From IMG/VR virus record IMGVR_UViG_3300035670_000166: a stretch of DNA of 64,000 nt; one strand, written 5' to 3'. This DNA comes from an uncultured virus (IMG/VR IMGVR_UViG_3300035670_000166). Lineage: Duplodnaviria > Heunggongvirae > Uroviricota > Caudoviricetes. Both the position numbers and the translations under genes were made by a program. Positions within the stretch are counted from its first letter, which is position 1. Each line of letters begins with the position of its first letter. Positions 18,044-27,127 of the stretch are shown here, piece by piece. The notes under the pieces were generated by a model. The model saw only the letters and a list, made by a program, of their open reading frames with translations. It searched no databases and was not told where the DNA came from.

Positions 18044-18612
18044 CATCACCTCGCCTGATCGGCCTCTACAGCCCCGCCCCACGCAGCGGTAAATCCACCG
18101 TCGCTGCCTACCTCACCGAACACGGCTTCTACACCGTGCCCTTCGCGCGCCCCATCAAGTTGATGGTCCGCACCTTCCTGATTCAACTGGGCTACGGCCC
18201 GAGCGAGATCGACCACTTCCTCGAGGCCGGCAAGAACGATGTCATCGAAGGCATCCGCACCACACCCCGACAGCTGATGCAGCTTCTCGGCACCGAGTGG
18301 GGCCGGGGGTGCGTACACCCTCAGGTCTGGCTGATGTGCTGGGAACGCGCAACACAGTCAAAGCTTGAGGCCGGCATCCCTGTCGTCGTGGACGATTGCA
18401 GGTTCCCCAACGAAGCCGCCCTGATTCGCCGTCTCGGCGGGGAGCTCTGGCGCATCGAACGCCCAGGCAACGAGCGCAACACCGATCACGCCTCCGAGGG
18501 CGGTCTCGACGAATACCCCCTCTTCGACCGCCACATCGTCAACGACGGCTCGCTACTCACGCTTCACAGCCGGGTACGCGAAATCGTCACTCCTCTTTCA
18601 CTCGCGTCCTGA
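18040..18612 (+). CDS. Deoxynucleoside monophosphate kinase
   Basis: P-loop SGKST, FARPIK, TPRQLMQLLGTEWGR, DCRFPNEA, HASE. Confidence 0.9.
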   Translation: MTSPRLIGLYSPAPRSGKSTVAAYLTEHGFYTVPFARPIKLMVRTFLIQLGYGPSEIDHFLEAGKNDVIEGIRTTPRQLMQLLGTEWGRGCVHPQVWLMCWERATQSKLEAGIPVVVDDCRFPNEAALIRRLGGELWRIERPGNERNTDHASEGGLDEYPLFDRHIVNDGSLLTLHSRVREIVTPLSLAS

Positions 18613-18615
18613 GCC

Positions 18616-18870
18616 ATGCCCATCATTCCGTCAGTACCGATGACGCTTGCGCCAAAGCCAGCGGATACCCATCAGGTCTACCCCTGGCGCTTCCGCATCG
18701 GTTCTTTGGTCTACGTGAAGGGCCACCCAATCGACGACACCTTCACGGTGATCGGAGGCGAACTGTGGCTGGGCTTCCCCCATCTGCATCTCTACGACCG
18801 TGACGGCAAGACCTGGCGCATCCCCCAGATCCACTGCTCGTCGAAGCCAATCACTTTCCGCAAGGGCTGA
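18616..18870 (+). CDS. Hypothetical protein (SH3-like small beta protein)
   Basis: FRIGSLVYVKG pattern; tightly packed in the operon. Confidence 0.5.
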   Translation: MPIIPSVPMTLAPKPADTHQVYPWRFRIGSLVYVKGHPIDDTFTVIGGELWLGFPHLHLYDRDGKTWRIPQIHCSSKPITFRKG

Positions 18871-18880
18871 ACACACCGTG

Positions 18881-19600
18881 ATGGATTCCCGTTTCCGCGT
18901 CGAAGTCCTCGCCCGCACTGAAAATCCACAGACTGTCTGTTGGTGGGCCGCTCATCAAGATTATTCCGAGAACTTTGTCTTCGACGAAGACCCCCCTAGC
19001 GAATCCGAGGCCGGGGCTCTCATCGTCAAACACCTCCTCGCTGGCGAGCGCGGTCACTACGGACCCCTCGAGCACCCGGCCATCACCTTCAACGTCGGTG
19101 GCTTCCCCCACTCGGTGATGCAACAAGCCCGCACCCACCGGGTGGGCGTTTCATTCGATGTGCAATCCGGCCGCTACACCGGCAAGCGCATCCTCGATGT
19201 GTGCACCGGCGAGCGCGACGTCGAAGAAGTCTTCTACCTCCGCCCCGTCGGCACCTACCGAGACCGCCAAGGCAAGAAGTACGAGTACACCGAAGACCAG
19301 CGACTCGTCCACCGCATCATCTGCATCGACTCCGCCGGTCGCTACAAGCTCGCCCTCGAGAGCGGCTTCAGCGAAGAACACGCCAGGGACATCATCCCCT
19401 ACGCGATTCGCCAGGACTTCGTGGTGTCTTTCAACCTACGCTCACTGCTCCACTTTTTGGATCTGCGGAGCAAACGCGACGCCCAACTCGAGATCCAAGC
19501 GCTATGCGATCTGCTCTGGCCTCACCTCGAAGCCTGGGCACCGGACATCGCCGCCTGGTACGCCGCCTCGCGGCTGCACAAAGCCCGTTTAGCTCCTTGA
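18881..19600 (+). CDS. thyX: FAD-dependent thymidylate synthase
   Basis: GHYGPLEH, ARTHRVGVSFDVQSGRY signature, NLRSLLHFLDLR..AQLEI. Confidence 0.95.
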   Translation: MDSRFRVEVLARTENPQTVCWWAAHQDYSENFVFDEDPPSESEAGALIVKHLLAGERGHYGPLEHPAITFNVGGFPHSVMQQARTHRVGVSFDVQSGRYTGKRILDVCTGERDVEEVFYLRPVGTYRDRQGKKYEYTEDQRLVHRIICIDSAGRYKLALESGFSEEHARDIIPYAIRQDFVVSFNLRSLLHFLDLRSKRDAQLEIQALCDLLWPHLEAWAPDIAAWYAASRLHKARLAP

Positions 19601-19605
19601 CATTT

Positions 19606-20004
19606 ATGAATCGCTCCACACTCATCATCATCAGCATTGGCAGCATCGCTGTGCTTGCTTTCATCCTCTGGGGAACCCCTCAGTTGGGTGTCTACAACCG
19701 TACGCTTCGCGGCCGCGCCGCCCTGATGGAAGCCGAGAGCACTCGTCAAGTCCGCGTGCTTGAGGCCAAGGCGAAGCAGGAATCAGCCGAACTCGAAGCA
19801 AAGGCCGAGATCACAAAAGCTCAAGGGAGCGCCCAGGCCATCGCCGCACTCAAAGCCGAGCTCGGTAGCAGCGACGCCTACCTCCGCTGGCTCTACATCC
19901 AGGGCCTCCAAGAGCAGAACGACAAAGGTGAGAAGACCATCGTCTACATCCCCACCGACGGCCTGGTGCCTCTCCCCATCTCCGAGGCCCCGCGCGTCAA
20001 GTGA
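19606..20004 (+). CDS. Membrane-anchored SPFH/band-7-like coiled-coil protein
   Basis: N-terminal TM helix, EA/AE-rich coil, YLRWLYIQGL...IVYIPT..LPI.EA. Confidence 0.6.
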   Translation: MNRSTLIIISIGSIAVLAFILWGTPQLGVYNRTLRGRAALMEAESTRQVRVLEAKAKQESAELEAKAEITKAQGSAQAIAALKAELGSSDAYLRWLYIQGLQEQNDKGEKTIVYIPTDGLVPLPISEAPRVK

Positions 20005-20303
20005 ACCCCCTCCTCATCACCATCCGCTCCACCCCCGACGGCTACTACCGCTGGGAGTTACGCGACGGCCCGGACGGCGCCTTCGAGTACGCCGGGACCG
20101 CCCCGCTCCTCGAGCGCTGCTTCGAGGACATCCTCCGTGCCCAGTGGGCCCTCGCTGAGCACCTCACAGATGACCTGGACCCCGAGAGCGCTGGTCCTTC
20201 GCACAACGCCCCGCACCCGGCGCCCATCTCCCAGGTCCATACGCCCGGCCGCCCCGCGCTTCCCGCTCAGCAGGACATCCCACCCCCGCGCCATACGCAT
20301 TAA
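20001..20303 (+). CDS. Hypothetical protein
   Basis: GTGA overlap; phage-like codon usage. Confidence 0.5.
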   Translation: MNPLLITIRSTPDGYYRWELRDGPDGAFEYAGTAPLLERCFEDILRAQWALAEHLTDDLDPESAGPSHNAPHPAPISQVHTPGRPALPAQQDIPPPRHTH

Positions 20304-20354
20304 GCCTCTCTTTCATTTACCTTCTCCCGCCCTAATTAGGTTGACAATGCCCCG

Positions 20355-21224
20355 ATGTCCCAATCCGAAATACACGACTATCTGACCCAGGTTGGTCGGC
20401 ACCCCGTCCTCTCCAAGGAGGCACAACTACGCCACTGCCGCCGCATCCACGCCTGGCTCCACCACGAGGACGGCCGCGACGCCGCACCTCTCGGTATCCG
20501 CCGCGCCGGTCAACGCTCCATGGAGGTGATGACGGTCACGAACCTCCGCCTCGTCATCTCCATCGCCAAGCGCTATCAGAACCGTGGCCTCGACATGGCT
20601 GACCTCATCCAGGAAGGCAACCTCGGCCTGATCCGCGGCCTCGAGCTCTTCGACCCCACCCGTGGATACGCCGTAAGCACTTATGCCTACTGGTGGATCC
20701 GCCAAGCCATCACCCGCGCCATCCACACCCACGCCCGCACGATTCGCCTCCCTATCAATACTCACGAGCTGATCACCCGGGTGCAGCGTTTCAGCTACGA
20801 ATTCACCTCACATGCTGGCCGACCTCCCTCCCACAACGAAGTCGCCGAGGCCGTCGACGTCAGTCCCGAGCGCATCGCTCAACTCCTACAAACCCACACC
20901 AGCACGGTCTGCTGCTCCCTCGACGCCGTCTGCGCTGACAGCACCAGCCCCTTGATCGATATCCTTGCCAACCCGGAGGGCACCAACGGCGCCGAGCCCG
21001 ACGAGTTCATCCTCGCTACAGCCGCCCGCGAAGATGTCAACGCCGCATTGGCCCAGCTGAACTCCACTGAAGAAGCCATCGTCCGAGGCCGGTACTTTGA
21101 GGGCCGCACTCTGCGTGAGATCTCCGAGGAGCTCGGCTTTACCCGCTCCCGCGCCGGCCAAGTCCAGCAGACCGCCCTACGCAAACTCCGCACGCAGCTC
21201 GCCCGCCAAGGCCATGACGACTGA
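20355..21224 (+). CDS. RNA polymerase sigma-70 factor (group 1/2-like)
   Basis: YL..VGR.P.L, NLRLVISIAKRY, DLIQEGNLGL, FDPTRGY..STYAYWWIRQAI, region 4 TLREI...SRAGQ...ALRKLR. Confidence 0.95.
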   Translation: MSQSEIHDYLTQVGRHPVLSKEAQLRHCRRIHAWLHHEDGRDAAPLGIRRAGQRSMEVMTVTNLRLVISIAKRYQNRGLDMADLIQEGNLGLIRGLELFDPTRGYAVSTYAYWWIRQAITRAIHTHARTIRLPINTHELITRVQRFSYEFTSHAGRPPSHNEVAEAVDVSPERIAQLLQTHTSTVCCSLDAVCADSTSPLIDILANPEGTNGAEPDEFILATAAREDVNAALAQLNSTEEAIVRGRYFEGRTLREISEELGFTRSRAGQVQQTALRKLRTQLARQGHDD

Positions 21225-21435
21225 CAACTTCAACACGGGCCTCCGCTGGTATGAGCAGTGGCTGCTCGAGTTCCTGGTAAAGAGCCCCCGGATCAGCCGG
21301 ATCATGGTCGAGATACCCGGGGACGGAACAGAGGAGGAAGACGACGTCGATGACGAGCGCCACGAGGCCGATCTCCGCCAACAGCTGGAATGGATCTACC
21401 ACGGCCCAAGCGCCGACGAGGAAGAGCAGGGTTGA
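21214..21435 (+). CDS. Small acidic hypothetical protein
   Basis: ATG 21214 overlapping the end of the sigma gene. Confidence 0.5.
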   Translation: MTTDNFNTGLRWYEQWLLEFLVKSPRISRIMVEIPGDGTEEEDDVDDERHEADLRQQLEWIYHGPSADEEEQG

Positions 21436-21483
21436 CGAGAAGCGCGGCATTTGGGCTAGAGTGATCGCACTAAAGCAACGCCT

Positions 21484-21861
21484 ATGCCCGCTTCCGCTGT
21501 CTCGCTTCAGCAGCTCTTCATCACCTGCGAAGCCCTTTACCAACGCGACGGCTTTGTGCGCTGGGCCGACGTCGCCAAGACCCACGGCGTGACCCGTCAA
21601 GCCGTGCAACTACGCCTGAGGCGCGCTATGGAGCAGGGCGAGCTTGAGGAAACCACCTTCAAGCGTTGGCAGTCCATGTCGACCCGGCGCACCGAGACCG
21701 CCAAGCGTTCCGACGCCAAGGAGAAGCTCCGCAAGAGCCTGATTATGAGCTTCTCTCTGACCCCTGAGAACCACGCTTGGCTCAAAGAGCAATGCACCGA
21801 GCGCGGCTGCACCCGTGCTGACATTCTCAACGGACTGATTAACAAGGCTAGGATTAGTTAG
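21484..21861 (+). CDS. HTH plus ribbon-helix-helix-like DNA-binding protein
   Basis: WADVAKTHGVTRQAVQLRL HTH; C-terminal SFSLTPENHAWL...TRADILNGLI. Confidence 0.6.
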   Translation: MPASAVSLQQLFITCEALYQRDGFVRWADVAKTHGVTRQAVQLRLRRAMEQGELEETTFKRWQSMSTRRTETAKRSDAKEKLRKSLIMSFSLTPENHAWLKEQCTERGCTRADILNGLINKARIS

Positions 21862-23082
21862 ATCAGGGAAACATATACATACATTTATATAGTCGTCCTG
21901 GAAGTGATATGTCCGCTATGTGATGCTCTCTCACGCTGAGTCGCGTGAGACTAGGCCAATACTATCCTGTTTCCGCGCGCGCGTAAGGTCTCAGCCTGAG
22001 TCTCAACTGCACCGGCTGACCTTTGCCAGCTGTTGACGGTTTCCGCTCGGTCGGTGGTAGTCTTCTCTCACAACCGAGCCCGACCCGGAGAGCGACGCTC
22101 TCGCGGATGGCGGCCCGGTTGTACCCCACGCACCTAGACAACCGAGCACCCAGGCCCACGTGGTCCCGCAGCTTTGCTGCGCCCATTGGCCGATCGCGCT
22201 TCTCGCCTTGTGCGGGATCTGTGATTCCCGCGGTTGACCGCTTGACGGATCACGCGGCAGGGGTGCTACGTTAGGTGCATCGATCCGAAAGGGTCGGCCG
22301 AACCTCGAAAACCGAATAGATCTGTGGCGCGGGCAGAGCCCGGCCAACCGGCGCGGCCGATGGTAGGTGTGGTGTGACAGACCCACCGAAACGTAGGCAA
22401 AGCGCGTCAGTGAACCGTGCGGATGGCACAAGGCAGAGATGCTGCGTGCGTGGATGCTCCATAGATCTATTAGGTAGTTTCGCGACATAGGGTCGCGAGA
22501 ACCTAGACAATAGAATAGTTGTGAGGATTGTCCTCTTCATGCCAGCTAACTTGCTCTGGCAGTAGGACCCGCGAGGGGTCGTTGTAGGCATAGTGTGCCT
22601 ACATTGCGATAGTTTGAATTCCTACGTCTTGCAATGACAATCCTTCCCTATTCCGCACGCATAGTGCGCATAGCTTCCGCTCACAGTATTAATGCAGGCA
22701 AGGTCGCCTGGTGTGACAGTATCGCTGTGAGTATTGCGTAATCAATCTACAGGTGCAATGTAGCCGAATCAAGTAAGCCTTAGCACTCCTGTGTGTTCCG
22801 ATTCCCTACAGATAGGGTGTGGCCTAGCAACCCACACCAGCCGCGGGCGCTCTATCTGTACCGCAACGCACAGAGTCTCTGGATAAACACCATCTGTAGA
22901 TCTTATCGGTAGCCTTTCTCCCTGGTTACTCATACCAGGCAGACGCGCGGCGCCTCCCGCGCGATACAAATACGCTCAAGGCAGACCATCTCCCCCAAAC
23001 ATTCCCCCTGGCGCACTGCGTCCGGGGGTTGTTTGGCTGAGGTGCTTTGCACCTTCATCCTCTCGCTGTGAGTTTCAGCACT
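21862..23082. promoter_or_regulatory. Long non-coding control region (early promoters; possibly origin or genome end)
   Basis: About 1.2 kb without convincing ORFs, with AT-rich tracts and several inverted repeats; precedes the early small-ORF array. Confidence 0.5.
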
Positions 23083-23331
23083 ATGCAAACTATGGTCTTC
23101 GTTCGCACTCGCATTGTGAACGATAGCGGCGACATACGCGCTAACCTCGCCGACACCAAACTCAAGCGTGGCAGCACCCAGCGCCACTACAGCCACAAGC
23201 TTTCTGTGGCTGAGAATCATCTCGTCAGCGCCCGTTGCTGGGTGATCGACAAGATGCCACTTGTCAACAGTCAGCCCGTTGGTGTCCAGTCCTACTCGGA
23301 CGGCTACATCTATGCGTTCTCGTGCGACTGA
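23083..23331 (+). CDS. Hypothetical early protein
   Basis: ATG 9 nt after the TCGCTGTGAGT leader motif. Confidence 0.55.
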   Translation: MQTMVFVRTRIVNDSGDIRANLADTKLKRGSTQRHYSHKLSVAENHLVSARCWVIDKMPLVNSQPVGVQSYSDGYIYAFSCD

Positions 23332-23361
23332 TTCCTGAATTAGACACTTAGCAACCTAGTC

Positions 23362-23652
23362 ATGTTCAAAAACACCTGGTTCCAAGGCCGCAGCTCCCTG
23401 CGGCAGCTCCCCCTCGAGTGCGTCTGCGATTGCTCCGGCGCGGGCGACCGCGACGCGGACGTCTCCACATGGGTCGACCGTCTCGAGTTCGATGGCCCCG
23501 CCTGGCTTTTCCGCGAGTACCTGCGCGGTTTCGGCGCATGGGATGCCCGGGATCTGGCCGACCACAACGAGAACCGCAAGCGCGTTCTCTGGATCTGGGC
23601 CTGTAACGCCCGCGAGTATCCCGGCGCCTACGACTACCTCTATCTGGACTGA
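23362..23652 (+). CDS. Hypothetical early protein
   Basis: 96 aa; GAW....L.DH.EN..R.LW pattern. Confidence 0.6.
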   Translation: MFKNTWFQGRSSLRQLPLECVCDCSGAGDRDADVSTWVDRLEFDGPAWLFREYLRGFGAWDARDLADHNENRKRVLWIWACNAREYPGAYDYLYLD

Positions 23653-23655
23653 CTA

Positions 23656-23814
23656 ATGACTTTCTCTGATTCCATGTCCAATGACGAATTCCTCGACTTT
23701 CTATTTAGCAAAGTCGCACCCTTAAAGCAGGATCTAGACCTGCAGGATGATGACGCTTGCGTCGATCATCTTGAGCTAGAGAAAGCCCATCAATTCAACC
23801 TATTTGAATCATGA
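23656..23814 (+). CDS. Small acidic hypothetical protein (52 aa)
   Basis: Fills the gap; ATGA overlap with the next ORF. Confidence 0.45.
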   Translation: MTFSDSMSNDEFLDFLFSKVAPLKQDLDLQDDDACVDHLELEKAHQFNLFES

Positions 23815-24035
23815 GAATCGATCACATCAATTTCGTCCGCAAGTTCTCCGTGACGCTTGTGCACTACAACCACAACGTCCACGGAATGATCCTTGAGAAC
23901 GTAGTAGGAGTGGATCCCCACCGCATCCAACAAGGCTGGAAGTTCGTCTCAACGTCAGGCGACGTAGAGCTCGCCGCCACCTTTAACGAGGCCCAGCGCA
24001 AAGCCGCTGAGTCGCTCCTGCGTTCCTACGCCTGA
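23811..24035 (+). CDS. Hypothetical protein
   Basis: 74 aa ORF in the operon. Confidence 0.5.
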   Translation: MRIDHINFVRKFSVTLVHYNHNVHGMILENVVGVDPHRIQQGWKFVSTSGDVELAATFNEAQRKAAESLLRSYA

Positions 24036-24117
24036 CTCGCCCCCAGAGCCCTTCCCCTTGCGGGTGGGCTCTCTGGGCGCATCGCGCCTCATCCTCTCTC
24101 GCTGTGAGTTACAAGCA

Positions 24118-24846
24118 ATGCGTAAGCCAATCGGCTTCGTGATCGACCGTGGCATCTCGCCAATCGACGGCCAACCATATGTCGCTATCGCGACACTCAA
24201 AAGCACCAACGCCAAGACCGGCGACATGGTGCAGGTCTTCATCCTCCGCCCGGATGTGCACCCGCTCGACGCCATCGCGTCCGGCGATGATCGCACGATT
24301 TGTGGCGATTGCCCGCACCGCAGGCGTCAAGTGTGGGACGCCAAGCGCAAGCGCTTTCGCTGGGTGCGTTCCTGCTATGTCGACGTGGGCAAAAGCGTAG
24401 GCAGCGTCTGGCACGCCTTCGCCCGGGGCTCGTATCCCGAGTACGACCCCACGCTCCACGCCCGCTACCTCCGCGGGCGCCGCATCCGCTGGGGTGCCTA
24501 TGGCGATCCGGGTATCCTCAACGCGCCCGTAGTGCGTAACCTCAACGCCATCGCCGATGGCCACACCGGCTACTGCCACCAGTGGCGCCAACCATGGGCG
24601 CAATGGGCGGTTGGCCTGTTCCAGGCCTCGTGCGACAGCTTCCAGGACTATCTGGACGCCTCCGCCATGGGCTGGCGCACCTTTGCTGTCGTCCCCCAGG
24701 GCGACGCCCCCTACAGCGGCAAGCTGTGCCCAGCCACGGCCGAAGGCTCCCAAGCGCAGTGCCTCACCTGCCGCCTATGCGACGGTGCCAAAACCGACGT
24801 GTTCGTCAGGGCCCACGGTGTCGGCGCTTCGTTCGTCGGCATCTGA
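24118..24846 (+). CDS. Cys-rich protein, possibly Fe-S / divergent radical-SAM-like
   Basis: STNAKTG, ICGDCPHR...CYV, RWGAYGDP, TGYCHQW, ASCDS, CPA...CLTCRLC. Confidence 0.55.
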   Translation: MRKPIGFVIDRGISPIDGQPYVAIATLKSTNAKTGDMVQVFILRPDVHPLDAIASGDDRTICGDCPHRRRQVWDAKRKRFRWVRSCYVDVGKSVGSVWHAFARGSYPEYDPTLHARYLRGRRIRWGAYGDPGILNAPVVRNLNAIADGHTGYCHQWRQPWAQWAVGLFQASCDSFQDYLDASAMGWRTFAVVPQGDAPYSGKLCPATAEGSQAQCLTCRLCDGAKTDVFVRAHGVGASFVGI

Positions 24847-24875
24847 CCCGTTCCTGAATCAGTTGACCTATTGCC

Positions 24876-25055
24876 ATGTCCTCTCTACGCTCCAAGCGCG
24901 CACCGCGTCGCCGCCCCATGCCCCCATGGCTCGCTGCCGAGCACGTCGCCGGCTTCCTCCTCGGCCTAGCCCTCGCCGCCATGGCCATCGATTACGGCTA
25001 CGAGCGCCCGACGCGAACCCTGCCGCCGACGCCCACCGTCTACGCAGGCCCATGA
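24876..25055 (+). CDS. Small membrane protein
   Basis: VAGFLLGLALAAMAI TM segment; ATGA overlap downstream. Confidence 0.5.
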   Translation: MSSLRSKRAPRRRPMPPWLAAEHVAGFLLGLALAAMAIDYGYERPTRTLPPTPTVYAGP

Positions 25056-25258
25056 CCTACTGCCCCGACCCCAGGCCTATGTCACCGCCAGAGTTCCCCG
25101 AGCACGTCGCCGAGCCTCATCCCGTCTGGCACTTCCTGTCAGACGACTGGGAGCACGAGCACTGGCTCGAAGACCCCACCGAGGTCGACCTACTCCTCAG
25201 CGAGTACGCCAAACGTGGAGAACCCTTCACCTTCCGCCAGCTACTGGTGACCGATTAG
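25052..25258 (+). CDS. Hypothetical protein
   Basis: ATG 25052; acidic, 68 aa. Confidence 0.5.
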   Translation: MTYCPDPRPMSPPEFPEHVAEPHPVWHFLSDDWEHEHWLEDPTEVDLLLSEYAKRGEPFTFRQLLVTD

Positions 25259-25293
25259 CGAATCAGTCAGCAGCCAACCGTTTTCAAAGAACT

Positions 25294-25641
25294 ATGACCA
25301 TCTCTTTCGTAAAGCGCCGCGAGCGCACCTATGTGCCCACCGGCGAAGTCGGGCAGCACCTCTCCCGAGCGCGTGAGCTGCAACTCGAGATCCAGCGCCT
25401 AACCGCTGCGTATGACGCAGAACGCGACTGGCTCCTGAGCCACATGCAAACCAAAGCGCTCACCAACGTCGCCCTAGGCGAGGTCAAGTGTGTGCTCAAG
25501 CAGCGCAATCGCTGGATCTACTCCATCGAAACGCAGCGCGAGATGGAGCGCCTACAGATCACCCAGAAGTGGGAACAATCCCGCGGCATCGCTAGTAACG
25601 AACCCTCTTTCTATGTCGCCCTAAGTGGGGCTAGCGCATGA
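25294..25641 (+). CDS. Hypothetical coiled-coil protein
   Basis: 115 aa ORF with a clear start. Confidence 0.55.
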   Translation: MTISFVKRRERTYVPTGEVGQHLSRARELQLEIQRLTAAYDAERDWLLSHMQTKALTNVALGEVKCVLKQRNRWIYSIETQREMERLQITQKWEQSRGIASNEPSFYVALSGASA

Positions 25642-25844
25642 ACAAATACCGCTTCGAGTACACCTACCTCAACAACGGCACCTCCAACTGGGGCTGTTAC
25701 GTCGACGCGCCCAGCGCCGCCGAAGCCTGGGCGCTGTTTGAGGCCACGCATCCCCCGTCCCGCTGCGTGGTTCACCGCATGCGCCTCTTCTGGGACGGCT
25801 CCACGAGTCGCCCTGTATCTAACAACATCAACCTCGTCAAATGA
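25638..25844 (+). CDS. Hypothetical protein
   Basis: ATGA-coupled on both sides. Confidence 0.5.
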   Translation: MNKYRFEYTYLNNGTSNWGCYVDAPSAAEAWALFEATHPPSRCVVHRMRLFWDGSTSRPVSNNINLVK

Positions 25845-26044
25845 GCCCTACGACTTTCGCCGCGCTTGATGCGGCTACCCAATTCCGCACTTTCGCCGCA
25901 ATGGAGCGCCACGGCGGTGGATTCTGCGCCGCCTTGGCACACGCCTGGTACAAAGCCGACCAAAACAACAAGCGCCGCCTCGAAGGAGCCTTCGCCCACC
26001 TCCTCACCGAGTACGGCCCCGACTCCCGCTACTACACCGCCTGA
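25841..26044 (+). CDS. Hypothetical phage protein
   Basis: M.RHGGGF..ALA.AW..AD..N..RL..AF pattern. Confidence 0.6.
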   Translation: MSPTTFAALDAATQFRTFAAMERHGGGFCAALAHAWYKADQNNKRRLEGAFAHLLTEYGPDSRYYTA

Positions 26045-26364
26045 TGCGCCGCTTGCTCCTCTCCTTCGCAGCCGCCGCGCTTTGCACCCCAGCGCAGGCG
26101 CGTGTCGTCACCGCCACCGTCTACGACGGCTGGTACCACGGCCGTATCACCTACTGCGGTGATGTCTACCGCCACTGGGAAACCTCCGCCGCCCATCCCT
26201 GGCTCCCCTGCGGCACCCGAGTGCGCGTCTCCCACCGAGGGCGCTCCCTCACGGTGCCCATCACCGACCGGTGTGATTGCAACTCGCTCGATCTCTCCGC
26301 CGGTGCCGCCTATCGCCTGGGCGTACCCCTCGATGGCATCGCCGACGTTCACATCAGCTACTGA
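26044..26364 (+). CDS. Secreted RlpA-like double-psi beta-barrel protein
   Basis: Signal peptide; ATVY..WYHGRITYCG...SAAHPWLPCGTRVRV...V.ITDR....LDLS..AA..LG. Confidence 0.8.
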   Translation: MRRLLLSFAAAALCTPAQARVVTATVYDGWYHGRITYCGDVYRHWETSAAHPWLPCGTRVRVSHRGRSLTVPITDRCDCNSLDLSAGAAYRLGVPLDGIADVHISY

Positions 26365-26368
26365 TCAA

Positions 26369-26632
26369 ATGCAAACAACATCTCTCACCCTTCCCACCGT
26401 TCACCTGAACGGCACCTCCCGCCAGATGCTGGCCGAGGGCTACTTCAACGCCTACCGCGCCCTGCAAAACGCCATCCGCACCTTCAACGAGATCGAGCAC
26501 AACGCACGGGATTACTACGTCGCCGGTCCCGGCGCCTGGCCCCAGGCCACGACGCAACGCGACGTGATGCGCTCCCACCTGCGCTCCGTGCAGGAATACC
26601 TCGAAGCCCACCTGATTCACCTAGGCGAATGA
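26369..26632 (+). CDS. Hypothetical phage protein
   Basis: PTVHLNGTS...HNARDYY pattern. Confidence 0.6.
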   Translation: MQTTSLTLPTVHLNGTSRQMLAEGYFNAYRALQNAIRTFNEIEHNARDYYVAGPGAWPQATTQRDVMRSHLRSVQEYLEAHLIHLGE

Positions 26633-26844
26633 ACGACTCCACTCGTTACCCCATACTCACCAAAGCGTATTCTTTAGCCATAAAGAATCTCGCTGGAGTT
26701 ATAGCTATCGTCCAGTACATCGAATTAGTCACCCGCGACATCGACGACAGGCCTCAAGCCAGCGACAAATGGAAAACCATGGATCACAATTTGAACGAAA
26801 TCAGTGAGTACCTCGTCTCCCACCTCCGGCAACTAAACAAATGA
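26629..26844 (+). CDS. Hypothetical protein
   Basis: ATGA overlap; helical, with an EYL.SHL end similar to the upstream ORF. Confidence 0.5.
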   Translation: MNDSTRYPILTKAYSLAIKNLAGVIAIVQYIELVTRDIDDRPQASDKWKTMDHNLNEISEYLVSHLRQLNK

Positions 26845-26866
26845 CTGACCCCATCGAGATCGTGCA

Positions 26867-27127
26867 ATGAACTATTCCTTTAACCACGCCAGGGTCATTA
26901 CAGAGACTGCGCAAATCTCCACGGCCTACGGCCCTAACGAGAACCGCTACATCAAAGCCGCCAGGCGTATGTGGCATCGCGATGGTGAGATCGAAATCGA
27001 TGACTGGCCTTTGATCTCGCCCACCGATGACGGTGCCTACGTCCAGGCATGGGTGTGGGTATACAACGACGATCTGAAATCACTTGGCCTGCAGACCAAC
27101 GACGGCAACAACCTCAACGATGACTGA
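26867..27127 (+). CDS. Hypothetical phage protein
   Basis: DGEIEIDD....S...DGAYVQAWVWV pattern. Confidence 0.6.
   Translation: MNYSFNHARVITETAQISTAYGPNENRYIKAARRMWHRDGEIEIDDWPLISPTDDGAYVQAWVWVYNDDLKSLGLQTNDGNNLNDD

Noticed and set aside
9863..19600. S-2L-like Z-genome (2-aminoadenine) pathway
   Set aside because: PrimPol and PolA are present, but no PurZ, DatZ or MazZ-like ORF was recognisable; the nucleotide genes are ordinary thyX, dcd and dNMP kinase
21962..22591. ORFs in the non-coding gap (22003..22488, 22271..22591, etc.)
   Set aside because: Arg/Ser/Pro-rich, atypical codon usage and no motifs; cannot be supported
22738..22750. NtcA box-like GTA...TAC
   Set aside because: Spacing is N7, not the canonical GTA-N8-TAC
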